In this document: one piece after another, positions 36,962 to 45,571 of the stretch
How positions within the stretch are numbered: position 1 is the first letter of the stretch
How the letters are laid out: each line of letters starts with the position of its first letter
Assembly: GCA_951828235.1 (NCBI GenBank)
Contig: OX639965.1
Span: 2,458,129 to 2,522,128, forward strand
From: an uncultured Gammaproteobacteria bacterium
Lineage (GTDB): Bacteria; Pseudomonadota; Gammaproteobacteria; Steroidobacterales; Foliamicaceae
Direction: 5' to 3'
Length of the DNA: 64,000 bases
Notes under the pieces: generated by a model
The model's database searches: none
Told to the model about the DNA's origin: nothing
What the model saw: the letters and a program-made list of their open reading frames with translations, nothing else
Program-made: the position numbers and the translations under genes

Positions 36962-37759
36962 TCATGTTCGGGCTCCTTCACTTCGATTCTCGCTGGCGGG
37001 TCGCAGCAGGTCCTGATGAGCCCGCATCCGGTAGCTGTTGCCCCGGATGTTGACGATGTGGCAGTGGTGCAGGACACGGTCGATCAGCGCGGCCGCCATG
37101 ACTTCGTCGCCGAGCACACTGCCCCATTCTTCGAACCCCTTGTTCGAGGTCAGCACGGTGGAGGCGCGTTCGTGACGGGCGTTGATCAGCTGGAAGAACA
37201 GCACGGCGTCGTCCTGGCTGACGGGTAGATAGCCGATCTCGTCGATCACGAGCAGTGCCGGATGGGTCAGCACGCGCAGCCGCCGCGCCAGGTTGCCGGC
37301 GGTTCTGGCCTCGGTGAGTGACTCGATCAGCGCGGCGAGTGTGCCGTAGTAGACGCGGCGGCCGGACTCGGCCGCGGCGATCGCCAGACTGATCGCCAGG
37401 TGCGTCTTCCCAACGCCGGGCGGGCCCAACAGGACGACGTTCTCGGCGCGCTCCAAAAAGCCCAGTTCGTGCAGGGCCTGGATCTGCTCGCGCTTGATGG
37501 AAGGTTGGAAGGCGAAGTCGAACTGCGCCAGCGTCTTGATCGCCGGCAGCCGCGAAGAGCGCATGGCGGTCTGCAGCCGGCGATTGTTGCGCAGCACGAT
37601 CTGGGCGCTGAGCAACTGCTCGATCGCTTCGGTGGCAGTGACCGTTCCGCCATCAGCCTGGGCCAGGATCCCGTCGACGGCCTCCAACGCGCCGGGCATC
37701 TTCAGGTCCGCCAACATGGCCCGGACCCGCTCGCGCCGGCTTCCTTCGACCCGCTTCAT
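36962..37759 (-). CDS. istB: IS21-family helper ATPase IstB
   Basis: Motifs LLGPPGVGKTHLA, LLVIDEIGYLP and TSNKGFEEWG. Confidence 0.9.
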   Translation of the reverse strand: MKRVEGSRRERVRAMLADLKMPGALEAVDGILAQADGGTVTATEAIEQLLSAQIVLRNNRRLQTAMRSSRLPAIKTLAQFDFAFQPSIKREQIQALHELGFLERAENVVLLGPPGVGKTHLAISLAIAAAESGRRVYYGTLAALIESLTEARTAGNLARRLRVLTHPALLVIDEIGYLPVSQDDAVLFFQLINARHERASTVLTSNKGFEEWGSVLGDEVMAAALIDRVLHHCHIVNIRGNSYRMRAHQDLLRPASENRSEGART

Positions 37760-38073
37760 CGCGCCACCTGGGCATAAACCTCAAGGGAGCGGCGCTCCAC
37801 CGGCACCTGCCTCGGCACGCGCCGGGCCGGCGGGGCGTTCAAGCGCGCACCCAGGCGCCGGTACGGCTGCGGGGCCAGGGGTCGCAATGCCGCGCGTTCT
37901 TCGCGCTCGAAGCGGTCCACGGGACGCTCCCCGGTGGTGCCGTGCCGACGCACATTGGCCGTGTCCTTAAGCCAACACAAGGCCTGGTCGTTCAGGTCCG
38001 CATCGCTGACGAATGTGCGGCCATAGAAAAAACTCTGGCGCAGGTAGCGGATCGGTCGCTCCACCTTGCCCTT
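37756..38073 (-). pseudogene. istA: IS21 transposase IstA, C-terminal fragment
   Basis: Begins at ..KGKVERPIRYLRQSFFYGRTF. The upstream part of the gene lies at 41455-42159. Confidence 0.85.
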
Positions 38074-38135
38074 GTTACTGGTCACCAAATGCAAACTCAG
38101 CGCAACGGTCGCGACAGCCAACCGACGTCGTCGAG

Positions 38136-38384
38136 GTGACCCATCCATTCCATCCGTGGTCGGGGCGGGCGTTCCCGCTGCAGCGGTGTGTAACTACCGG
38201 CGGTGTTTCATTGGTGCGCTGCATTGTCGATGAGGCGACGGTTCGCAGCCTGCCGGTTGCCTGGACGGACCGGCGCACGGTGGACGACTTTGAGCGGCTC
38301 TCGGCGGGGCGTTCGCTGTTCCGGCCGGACGATCTTGAGGCGCTTCGGGCGCAGGTTGACGTGCTTCTGGACGATCAGAAATAA
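38136..38384 (+). CDS. small protein with THPFHP motif (DUF5372-like, from memory)
   Basis: VTHPFHPWSGRAFPLQRCVTTGGVSLVRCIVDEATVRSLPVAWTD. Start uncertain; GTG 38136 chosen. Confidence 0.45.
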   Translation: MTHPFHPWSGRAFPLQRCVTTGGVSLVRCIVDEATVRSLPVAWTDRRTVDDFERLSAGRSLFRPDDLEALRAQVDVLLDDQK

Positions 38385-38574
38385 GGGCGCATAATGATCA
38401 ATGTATTTTACGCAGACATGGAATCGGCATCGGGGTTTGGGGACGGTTCTTGCAGCACAGTTCTCGATATTCCAATTGTCTTACTACCCCATGGAGGGAA
38501 ACGGCTGGTTGATACTGTCAATGATGGAGTAATATATTATGATCATTACGGTTCGCTCAATCAGGATCCGCGCC

Positions 38575-39024
38575 ATGCCCGACAAAAAGACCGACCGCCT
38601 GCGCCAATCCGGCACGCTCAATCCGCGCCCGGACACGGTCACCGACCCGCTGTTCCACGACAACGCGTTCTTCGATCCGCGCGACCTGCTGCAGGTCCGC
38701 TACGAGATGGTGCGTTGCACCGTACGGGGCGTTCCCCTCAAGGAGGCGGCGGCCCGGTTCGGCCTTTCGGTACCCACCTGCGTGCGCGCCAACCGGGCCT
38801 TCCGCGAGGGCGGGCTTCAGGGACTCATTCCGCAGCGGCGCGGTCCGCGCGGCGCCCACAAGATCACGCCCGAGATCCTCGCATTCGTCCTCCATTGCCG
38901 GGCCGAACACGGGCCGCTCGGCAGCCGCAGACTCGTGCCCCTGATCGAGGCGCAGTTCGGCGTACGGATCCACCCGCGCAGCCTCGACAAGGCGCTGGCA
39001 AAAAAAACGGCCAGACAACGATGA
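38575..39024 (+). CDS. helix-turn-helix protein (transposase-associated type)
   Basis: MPDKKTDRLRQSG...VPLKEAAARFGLSVPTCVRANRAFREGGLQGLIPQRRGPRGAHKITPE. Confidence 0.55.
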   Translation: MPDKKTDRLRQSGTLNPRPDTVTDPLFHDNAFFDPRDLLQVRYEMVRCTVRGVPLKEAAARFGLSVPTCVRANRAFREGGLQGLIPQRRGPRGAHKITPEILAFVLHCRAEHGPLGSRRLVPLIEAQFGVRIHPRSLDKALAKKTARQR

Positions 39025-39320
39025 CCTCACTGCCGCCGGCGCTGTCGATTGATGTCGATAGCGTGCGCCGCTATGACGGCTGGCGCCGGCAATGGTGCAT
39101 CGGCGGCCGCAGCCAGGCGATCGGCCTGCTGTGCCACCACGGCATGGCCCGTGCGCTGACGCTAACCGCGCCTCCGGATCCACCGGCTGCAGTCCCCACC
39201 TCCGTGGCGTCGTCACGGGATCCGCTACCGGTATCCGAGTGCACCGCCGTGACAGGGGCGGCCGCCCGGATGATCCATGAGCTGCTCGTACATGAAGCGG
39301 GAGAAGGCCGCCATGCTTGA
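39021..39320 (+). CDS. hypothetical small protein
   Basis: ATGA overlap with the upstream gene and ATG..TGA overlap with the recombinase start. No motif recognised. Confidence 0.3.
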   Translation: MTSLPPALSIDVDSVRRYDGWRRQWCIGGRSQAIGLLCHHGMARALTLTAPPDPPAAVPTSVASSRDPLPVSECTAVTGAAARMIHELLVHEAGEGRHA

Positions 39321-41445
39321 GTCCATGTCCTACAAGGTCACCGACGATCACCGTCAGCGCGAAGCCTGTCTGTACATCCGTCAATCCTCCATGCACCAGG
39401 TGCTGGAGAATACCGAGAGCGCGCGCCGCCAGTACGGTCTGCGTCAGCGCGCGATCGCGCTGGGCTGGTCCGATGAGCGTATCCGCACCATCGACGACGA
39501 TCAGGGCAAATCGGGCGCGCACAGCGCCAACCGCAGTGGCTTCCGAGATCTCATGGCCCGTATCGCCGCCGGGGAAATCGGCCTGGTGCTGAGTCTGGAG
39601 GTCTCGCGTTTGTGCCGCAACAACACCGACTGGCACCAACTGTTGCAGATCGCCGCCATCGCCGACACGCTCATCCTCGACGAGGCTGGCGTGTACGATC
39701 CCAACGACGGCAATGACCGTCTGTTGCTCGGGCTGAAGGGGGCGCTGTCGGAGTATGAACTGCAGGGCATCCGCGCCCGCCTGATCGGCGGGCAGCGCAG
39801 CAAGGCGCAGCGGGGCGAACTCAGGATGCGCCTGCCGATCGGCCTGATCTACACCGACACCGGCGAGATCGACTTCGATCCCGACCGTGCCATCGTGGAG
39901 GCCATCGAGCTGGTGTTCACCACGTTCCGCCGCCTCGGTTCGGCGATGCAGACACTGAAATGGTTCCGCAAGAATGCTGTCTCCCTGCCTTCGCGGCCGT
40001 ACCGCATGAATGGACAGGTGCACTGGTCGGTGCCCAATCACAGCCAGATCCAGCGCATGATCCGCAATCCCCGCTACGCCGGCTGCTTCGCCTATGGGCG
40101 TACCCGTACCCGCAGCCATCCCGACGGCACGGTGCGCTATGCCCGCGTCGCCATGGAGTCGTGGCAGGTCTGCATACCCGAAGCCCATGTCGGGTATATC
40201 GACTGGGACGAATATCGCCGCAACCAGGAAACGCTGAAAAGGAACATGGCTGCGTTCACACGGGGACCGGGGCGCCAGCCGGCGCCCCGGGAGGGCCAGG
40301 CGTTGCTTCAGTCTCGGGTGATCTGCGGGCATTGCGGGCATCGGATGAAGGTTCGTTATGTCGCGGCACGCCCGAAACGCAGGGAGTCGGCGCGCTGGTA
40401 TTACTACTGCCAGCACAATGTCGTTCGCCTTGGCGCCCGTACCTGCCAGAGCCTGCACGGGGACAGTATCGACGCGGCGGTATCGGACTTCATTGTGGCG
40501 GCGGTGAATCGCCAGAACATTGCCCTTGCGCTGTCCGTGCGCGAGCAGGTGCGCGCCGAGTGCGCCGCCGTTGACCGACAGCACGCCAACCGGATCGAAG
40601 CGCTACGCCATGAAGCCGACCTGGCGCGACGGCGGTACATGGAAGTGGATCCTGAAAACCGCCTCGTCGCCGCCAACCTCGAGGCCGAATGGAATACTCG
40701 GCTGGGCGCGCTTGAAAAGGCCATCGTAGCGCGGGAACAGCACGGCAAGAGCCGCGATAGCGTGGCTTCCGGCGAACAGGACCAGCGCCTGCTCGAACTG
40801 GCCAACGACTTCGGCACGGTCTGGAATGCGCCGGCAACCGGCAACGCTGATCGTAAACGGTTGCTGGGCCTGCTGCTTGAGGACGTGACGCTAACGCGCC
40901 AAGGCTATCGCGCTCGTATCGGGCTGCGTCTTCGCGGGGGTAAGCCCTGGACGCTGGGGCCCGTCGATCTGCCGAAACCGCGCTCGACGGTTGTGCGCCG
41001 GCATGCCAGCGACGCGGTTCTGGTTGAACTGGAGACCCTGCTGTGCGAAGGGGCTGACGACGCCACGGTGGCCGCGCAACTGAACCGGCGGGGCCATCGG
41101 GACTCCAGAGGGGATATGTTTACGCGCCGCACCGTGTATGGCATCCGGAAACGGCTGGGTTGGCGCAGCGGGCTCGAACGCCGACGGCAGCGATTGCGCG
41201 AGCGCGGATACGTCGACGCCACGGAGCTGGCGACCCAACTCGGTGTTTGCGCGACGACCGTGCGGGCGCGGGCGCGTCGCGGCAACGGAATCGATGCCTG
41301 CCGGTTAACAGTGGGCAAACGATCGTTCACCATGTACAGAATGGACAGCGAGGCCCCCGGCAAAGCGCACAATGCACCGAGACTCAAGCGCCAAAGCGGC
41401 TGCAAGGTCGCCTTGTCACCACGATACGAGCAGGTTGCATCATGA
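39313..41445 (+). CDS. large serine recombinase
   Basis: Resolvase-type catalytic domain ACLYIRQSS...GLVLSLEVSRLCRN. Recombinase domain, zinc ribbon CGHCGHRM...YYYCQH, and a coiled-coil region. Confidence 0.85.
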   Translation: MLESMSYKVTDDHRQREACLYIRQSSMHQVLENTESARRQYGLRQRAIALGWSDERIRTIDDDQGKSGAHSANRSGFRDLMARIAAGEIGLVLSLEVSRLCRNNTDWHQLLQIAAIADTLILDEAGVYDPNDGNDRLLLGLKGALSEYELQGIRARLIGGQRSKAQRGELRMRLPIGLIYTDTGEIDFDPDRAIVEAIELVFTTFRRLGSAMQTLKWFRKNAVSLPSRPYRMNGQVHWSVPNHSQIQRMIRNPRYAGCFAYGRTRTRSHPDGTVRYARVAMESWQVCIPEAHVGYIDWDEYRRNQETLKRNMAAFTRGPGRQPAPREGQALLQSRVICGHCGHRMKVRYVAARPKRRESARWYYYCQHNVVRLGARTCQSLHGDSIDAAVSDFIVAAVNRQNIALALSVREQVRAECAAVDRQHANRIEALRHEADLARRRYMEVDPENRLVAANLEAEWNTRLGALEKAIVAREQHGKSRDSVASGEQDQRLLELANDFGTVWNAPATGNADRKRLLGLLLEDVTLTRQGYRARIGLRLRGGKPWTLGPVDLPKPRSTVVRRHASDAVLVELETLLCEGADDATVAAQLNRRGHRDSRGDMFTRRTVYGIRKRLGWRSGLERRRQRLRERGYVDATELATQLGVCATTVRARARRGNGIDACRLTVGKRSFTMYRMDSEAPGKAHNAPRLKRQSGCKVALSPRYEQVAS

Positions 41446-41454
41446 AACCCAAGA

Positions 41455-42159
41455 CTTGGTCTGAGCGCGATACGGCCGGCACGCACGCGGCGCAAAACCC
41501 CAGTGCGCAGCAAAACGCAGAAACTCCGCGTTCAGCACCAAAGACCGGCCATCGCCGCGACCGTCCGAGAGCACCACTGCACGCATCTGGTCGAACAACA
41601 GCTCCCGCGGAACCCCGCCAAAGTGCCCGAACGCGCTCTCCAATCCTTCGATCAGCACCGCCATCGTCTGCCGACGGTAGAAACGCAACCACAACAGCCT
41701 GGAATACCCCAGCACCACCAACAGCGCGTGACGGCGTCCCCAAGGCAAGGTAAAGGTCGCGAAGTCCACCTGGCCCTGGCGTCCCGCCGGCGTCTCGAAT
41801 CGCACGACCGCTTCCGTTGGCGCCCGCGGACGCACCGTGCGCACGTAATCCCGCACCCGGCTGTAACTGCCCGGATAACCCGCCGCGCGCACCTCATCAA
41901 ACAACCGCTGGGCCGACAACTGCGGATACTGCGTCAATCGATCCCAAATGATCGCCTTGTAGGGATCGAGCTTGTGGGGCACCCGGGCACGAGGAGAATA
42001 CCCACTCGCACCGCTCGACAAGTCCCGGTCCAACTGCCCCGATCCAATCCAACGGTGAATCGTCCGCCGACTCACCCCGAACCGCCTCGACAGCTCCGCC
42101 TTCGAGACACCCTGGTCCAAATAGTGCTTCAACCGCATCCGGGTCTCCCATCTGTGCAT
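41455..42159 (-). pseudogene. istA: IS21 transposase IstA, N-terminal fragment
   Basis: MHRWETRMRLKHYLDQGVSKAELSRRFGVSRRTIHRWI (HTH) followed by the DDE core, which contains the motif QVDFATF. Ends ..CRPYRAQTK at the junction. Confidence 0.85.
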
Positions 42160-42292
42160 CGATATGCCGCTCCCATCCTGTTGACTCCGCCAACAGGATG
42201 GACCACCGCATCCCGCTCGCCAAAACGCCATATGTGCCGTTTTGGCTTGCCAGAAATGGGAAATTTACGCTTGCCAGCTACAGAGAGTAGCA

Positions 42293-42496
42293 ATGGATTC
42301 TTCAAGCGCTCTTTTGACTAGAGTACTCGCCACTTTCGGTATTGACAAAGTCTCCAGCAGGGAGGCGCGTATGCTCCTAGCTGTCTTCGTCGTGATTGCC
42401 ATGGCTTTTCTCGCTATTGCGGCTTATCAAGCTGGTTACCAACACGGTAAGGATTTGGCAGAAAAAGCCAATGCAGAGGATGCATCCTACCGTTGA
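42293..42496 (+). CDS. small single-pass membrane protein
   Basis: MDSSSALL...MLLAVFVVIAMAFLAIAAYQAG. Its RBS AAGGGAGAG is split off by the IS21 insertion. Confidence 0.45.
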   Translation: MDSSSALLTRVLATFGIDKVSSREARMLLAVFVVIAMAFLAIAAYQAGYQHGKDLAEKANAEDASYR

Positions 42497-43139
42497 TTCT
42501 GGAAATTGCGCCTCGAAGCCAATGCCAGATTGGAGAGCAAGAGAGTGCGGACCGTGGGGTTCAATCGCCTGATCCGTTGGGGCCGAAGCTTGTTGTCGTT
42601 GTCGCGTATGTCGAATTCCCCTTCTTGGAACAACCGTAGGATGACCTGATCCATTTGCGAGCGCGTTGCGGCCGTGTCATTGGCGAGTTGATGATGCACG
42701 GCCTCAATCGAGATCGGTTTTTTCGAAACTTAGGCATCGAGCGCTCGCGTAAGCGAAACCAGCATTTGCTGTTGCATCGCCTTCTCATCCATCTGCGTAG
42801 ACTTGAACAGTTCAATCTCATCCGGGTTCTGGATTGCATTGGAACCGAACATTCCAAGATCTCCATTTCCGTAGTGCTCGAACGTGTTTTTCGATTCCCA
42901 GTGACGCTGCAGCATCACGTTGCGAACCGCAGGGTGCTTTGAGAGGTGAACGAACCACAAGGCCTGCCGAGAAACCCGAGGGCGGATGAAAAACGGCGTG
43001 TAGTAGGTGCTTCTGGCGCTTGAAGAATCCGGTCTTTCAAAGCTCGCTGAATGAGTGTCCGGCGAACGATTTGCGTTTGTCTAATGAGATCAAGGGCCCG
43101 CTGTCGGCTGAATCCTAACCTCTCTATGCGGTCTAGCAC
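42487..43139 (-). pseudogene. degraded ORF of unknown family
   Basis: Three protein-like pieces. Pieces 2 and 3 share a frame and are separated by a single TAA (about 42731). Piece 1 is in another frame. Confidence 0.35.
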
Positions 43140-43345
43140 CTCTGGTGTCCAACCTCAGGGGGTCACTCCAAGAAATGGGGAGTATTACTTCAGCAGTGAC
43201 AAGCAGTGACAAGAGAGGATATTTCTAGAGACGATGCACAGTTCTGTATACGTTTTGTCATTGACTTTGCCTTGCAACTGAGAAGAACTGCGGCGGTGTG
43301 AACACGCGGAAGCAGTGCGAGAGATGATGGCGCCCGGCAGTATTC

Positions 43346-43723
43346 CTATTCCGGCTCCGGCTCCGGCTCGGTAGGGGCTGGGCTATCCTCTTGTGAAGAC
43401 GGCGGGATTTCCGCACAGCCTCGCATACACCGCTCGAAATCCAACCGGCAGCGTTCCTCTTCCGCCCTGGACGGCACCTGGCGCGTTGTTGTCGTTGTAG
43501 TTGTTTGTTGCGGCGGGTAGCGCCGTGGGTTATACGGCCCCTGCTGCACTGAAGTATCAGTAACAGTATCGTATGCCCACGATAGGCAGTCGATATAGGT
43601 ATCTTCGCAAGCTTCCTCGCAGGTTTTCGGTTCCTCTTCAAAGAATGCGCCTACACCTGCGCATCCGGTCGCAATCAGGCACGCAAGCAGGGATATTGCC
43701 GCTTTGACTTGCTTCGTTGTCAT
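43346..43723 (-). CDS. Cys-rich lipoprotein, orphan
   Basis: Leader MTTKQVKAAISLLACLIATGC (lipobox). Seven further Cys, a T7 run, and an acidic PEPEPE tail. Confidence 0.5.
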   Translation of the reverse strand: MTTKQVKAAISLLACLIATGCAGVGAFFEEEPKTCEEACEDTYIDCLSWAYDTVTDTSVQQGPYNPRRYPPQQTTTTTTTRQVPSRAEEERCRLDFERCMRGCAEIPPSSQEDSPAPTEPEPEPE

Positions 43724-43772
43724 GGTGGGATTGTAGACCTGTCCACGCAAAGGAAATGTCCATGCTGGAGTC

Positions 43773-45023
43773 TTATTGGTCGGTATTCTTTAGGTCCTTG
43801 GGCAATTGATACCAAGAGCCTTTCTTCTGGCGCACTTGATGCTGAAGAGTTGTAGCATCAGGCGCTTGAACATCAAAGTCAATTTCGTCGTGGCTTATGG
43901 GCTGAGCTCGCTTAAGTTTCTCTAGTTTCGCTAGTAATTCCGATTCCGACATTTGGTTGGCTTTCTTTTTGGGGCGCGCTCTTGCTCGCCATGCCGGAAC
44001 GTGCCGATCGTATACTTTCGATACGAAGTAATCACCTTCAGTAGGCGGTTGAGCAGCAAAACTACTTATTCCTTTAGCCTTGACGTCGCTGGGCAATTCC
44101 TCGTAATGCTCATTAAGTTCTCGCAGACCACGTTTCAGGTCAGGTCCCCAAACAAACTCTTGGTCTGGCCGCAGAAACAGCGGGGCACACCGCTGGTGGA
44201 GGCGATCCGAAGACGCAAAAATTCGGCAAAACGGAAGATAGAACAAGTAGGCAATATCTACTCGATTGGAAGCACGTTCAGCGGAAATGAGGCCCGATTG
44301 CACAGCAAATTGAAAAAACAGTTCAACCTCAACCACGTGCGCGCAATACGGAGCAAATGAAGCAATCGGCCTGTAGCTGAGGGTGGACCATCTTGTAAGG
44401 ATGCTGTAGTGATATTGTTGATCTATTCCTAGGATTACCAATGCGAGTTGCGTCCTATCGGATCTTTGTTGGTCTGAAATAACAAAGTCTCCCGCCATTC
44501 TCCTCGCTTCATCGAGGTTCTTACACTTAGTTTCGCTCAATCCGAGTTTTTGGAACGAATTCGCAATACCTTCAAGATCAACGTTGTTTAGAGCTGTGCG
44601 CCAGCGGGCTGCGTACTCTCGCTCAAGATCCTGAAACTTCTTTTCGCGCCACCTGGAAAACGCTTCGCTTTCTGGAAACTCATCAAATGCCATCACGGAT
44701 TTGGGGCCGCTTTTCGCCGGTGTTCCGCCACTAACCATAATTTGGCCGGTTTGTCGAACGGTACCGCCCATCAATTCGTTTAGGCATAGTGCCTTGTGGT
44801 AAGCGTTGGGTATACCTTCCTTGTCTGGGAACTTATCTGCAATTATCCTCACTTCCTCTTCCGGATCGCGGGAACCCGTTTGTTTCTCTAAATCTGCAAG
44901 AGTCTCAACGAAAAAATATGGGCAAACATTAGGGTCAAAGAAGTGATCAAACCAGACCGATTCATCAACGCTAAGCGACTGAAGGAATGACTTGTCGAAT
45001 AGTGTTATCAGACTCATGGTCAA
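43773..45023 (-). CDS. 416-aa orphan protein, possibly a split PIN-like nuclease
   Basis: AT-richer ORF. Motifs LITLFDKSFLQSL, FFVETLADL and NRVDIAYLFYLPFCRIFASSDRLH place acidic residues in a PIN-like order. Confidence 0.5.
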   Translation of the reverse strand: MTMSLITLFDKSFLQSLSVDESVWFDHFFDPNVCPYFFVETLADLEKQTGSRDPEEEVRIIADKFPDKEGIPNAYHKALCLNELMGGTVRQTGQIMVSGGTPAKSGPKSVMAFDEFPESEAFSRWREKKFQDLEREYAARWRTALNNVDLEGIANSFQKLGLSETKCKNLDEARRMAGDFVISDQQRSDRTQLALVILGIDQQYHYSILTRWSTLSYRPIASFAPYCAHVVEVELFFQFAVQSGLISAERASNRVDIAYLFYLPFCRIFASSDRLHQRCAPLFLRPDQEFVWGPDLKRGLRELNEHYEELPSDVKAKGISSFAAQPPTEGDYFVSKVYDRHVPAWRARARPKKKANQMSESELLAKLEKLKRAQPISHDEIDFDVQAPDATTLQHQVRQKKGSWYQLPKDLKNTDQ

Positions 45024-45198
45024 TTGGTATTTCCAAGCTTAGTACGGAATCTTGATTGTGGACACGGCCCACAGATTGCTTGGAGACGCCACTAATGCGG
45101 CGGGGAGTGTATCATCTTGTGTAGCCGGGTGAAACAAACTAGTTTTTGGCGGAATCCGTCCCAAGCCCAGCAATACCAAGCGCTCGCGCAGCCGCCTA

Positions 45199-45296
45199 TA
45201 AAGAATGTTTTACGTTTTGTTGGACAAAGAAAACATAACCCCGTGAAAGCCTTTGGTACCAACGATTTTCGCTGGAAGTAATAGGGACGCCGCCTC
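45199..45296 (+). repeat. ~98-bp direct repeat, copy B
   Basis: Matches 35479-35576 at 87 of 98 positions by hand alignment. Confidence 0.8.
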
Positions 45297-45301
45297 CACC
45301 A
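45288..45301 (+). repeat. 14-nt copy of the ssrA 3' end (attR-like)
   Basis: CGCCGCCTCCACCA is identical to 35162-35175. Confidence 0.6.
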
Positions 45302-45311
45302 AACGCTCCCA

Positions 45312-45515
45312 ATGGGGCCGGGCGAGCCGCTGCGCCTGACCATGGAAGTATCGGTATTGCGGGACCGCATCGACACCCATGAGTCCCTCGCCGAAAAGCA
45401 CGGGGGCTACTCTTTGGCGGACGTGGAGTCCTATCAGCCCACTCCCGAGGAGGAAAAACGCCGCGCGGCACGGCGAAGGACCCTGGTTGCCCGTATTGTC
45501 AGAGACCTGACATAA
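45312..45515 (+). CDS. hypothetical small protein
   Basis: 67-aa ORF (MEVSVLRDRIDTHESLAEKHGG...). Coding status uncertain. Confidence 0.3.
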   Translation: MGPGEPLRLTMEVSVLRDRIDTHESLAEKHGGYSLADVESYQPTPEEEKRRAARRRTLVARIVRDLT

Positions 45516-45571
45516 TTCCCGCAAGCCTGCTTCCAGGCAGGTACGGGACAGGAAAAGTCAGGGGAAGCCAA

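Larger units (their letters stand above)
38074..41454 (+). mobile_element. nested ~3.4-kb element carrying a large serine recombinase
   Basis: Splits istA between ..RAQTK and GKVER... CTTG is present at both junctions (38071-38074 and 41455-41458). The joined ends give CAAG-A-CTTG flanked by imperfect inverted repeats. Confidence 0.7.
36792..42282 (-). mobile_element. IS21-family insertion sequence (about 2.1 kb of IS DNA plus a nested 3.4-kb element)
   Basis: Terminal inverted repeats TGTCAATGGCAACCGAAAATGGCACATTTCTGGCAAC.. and TGTAGCTGGCAAGCGTAAATTTCCCATTTCTGGCAAG... 5-bp direct duplication GAGAG at 36787-36791 and 42283-42287. Encodes istA and istB. Confidence 0.85.

Noticed and set aside
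38557-40584. Very long antisense ORFs, for example 38557..40584, 52533..54317, 14789..16270, 10437..11582, 2862..3941 and 57259..58296.
   Set aside because: They are Arg/Gly/Pro-rich with low-complexity composition. They lie opposite genes with strong family motifs. This is the typical stop-codon-poor antisense frame of GC-rich DNA.
42487-43139. Assigning the degraded ORF to Abi_2/HEPN (VRNVMLQRH) or to an N6-methyltransferase (YYTPFFI).
   Set aside because: Each idea rests on one short motif that deviates from the family consensus. The feature is left as an unknown pseudogene.
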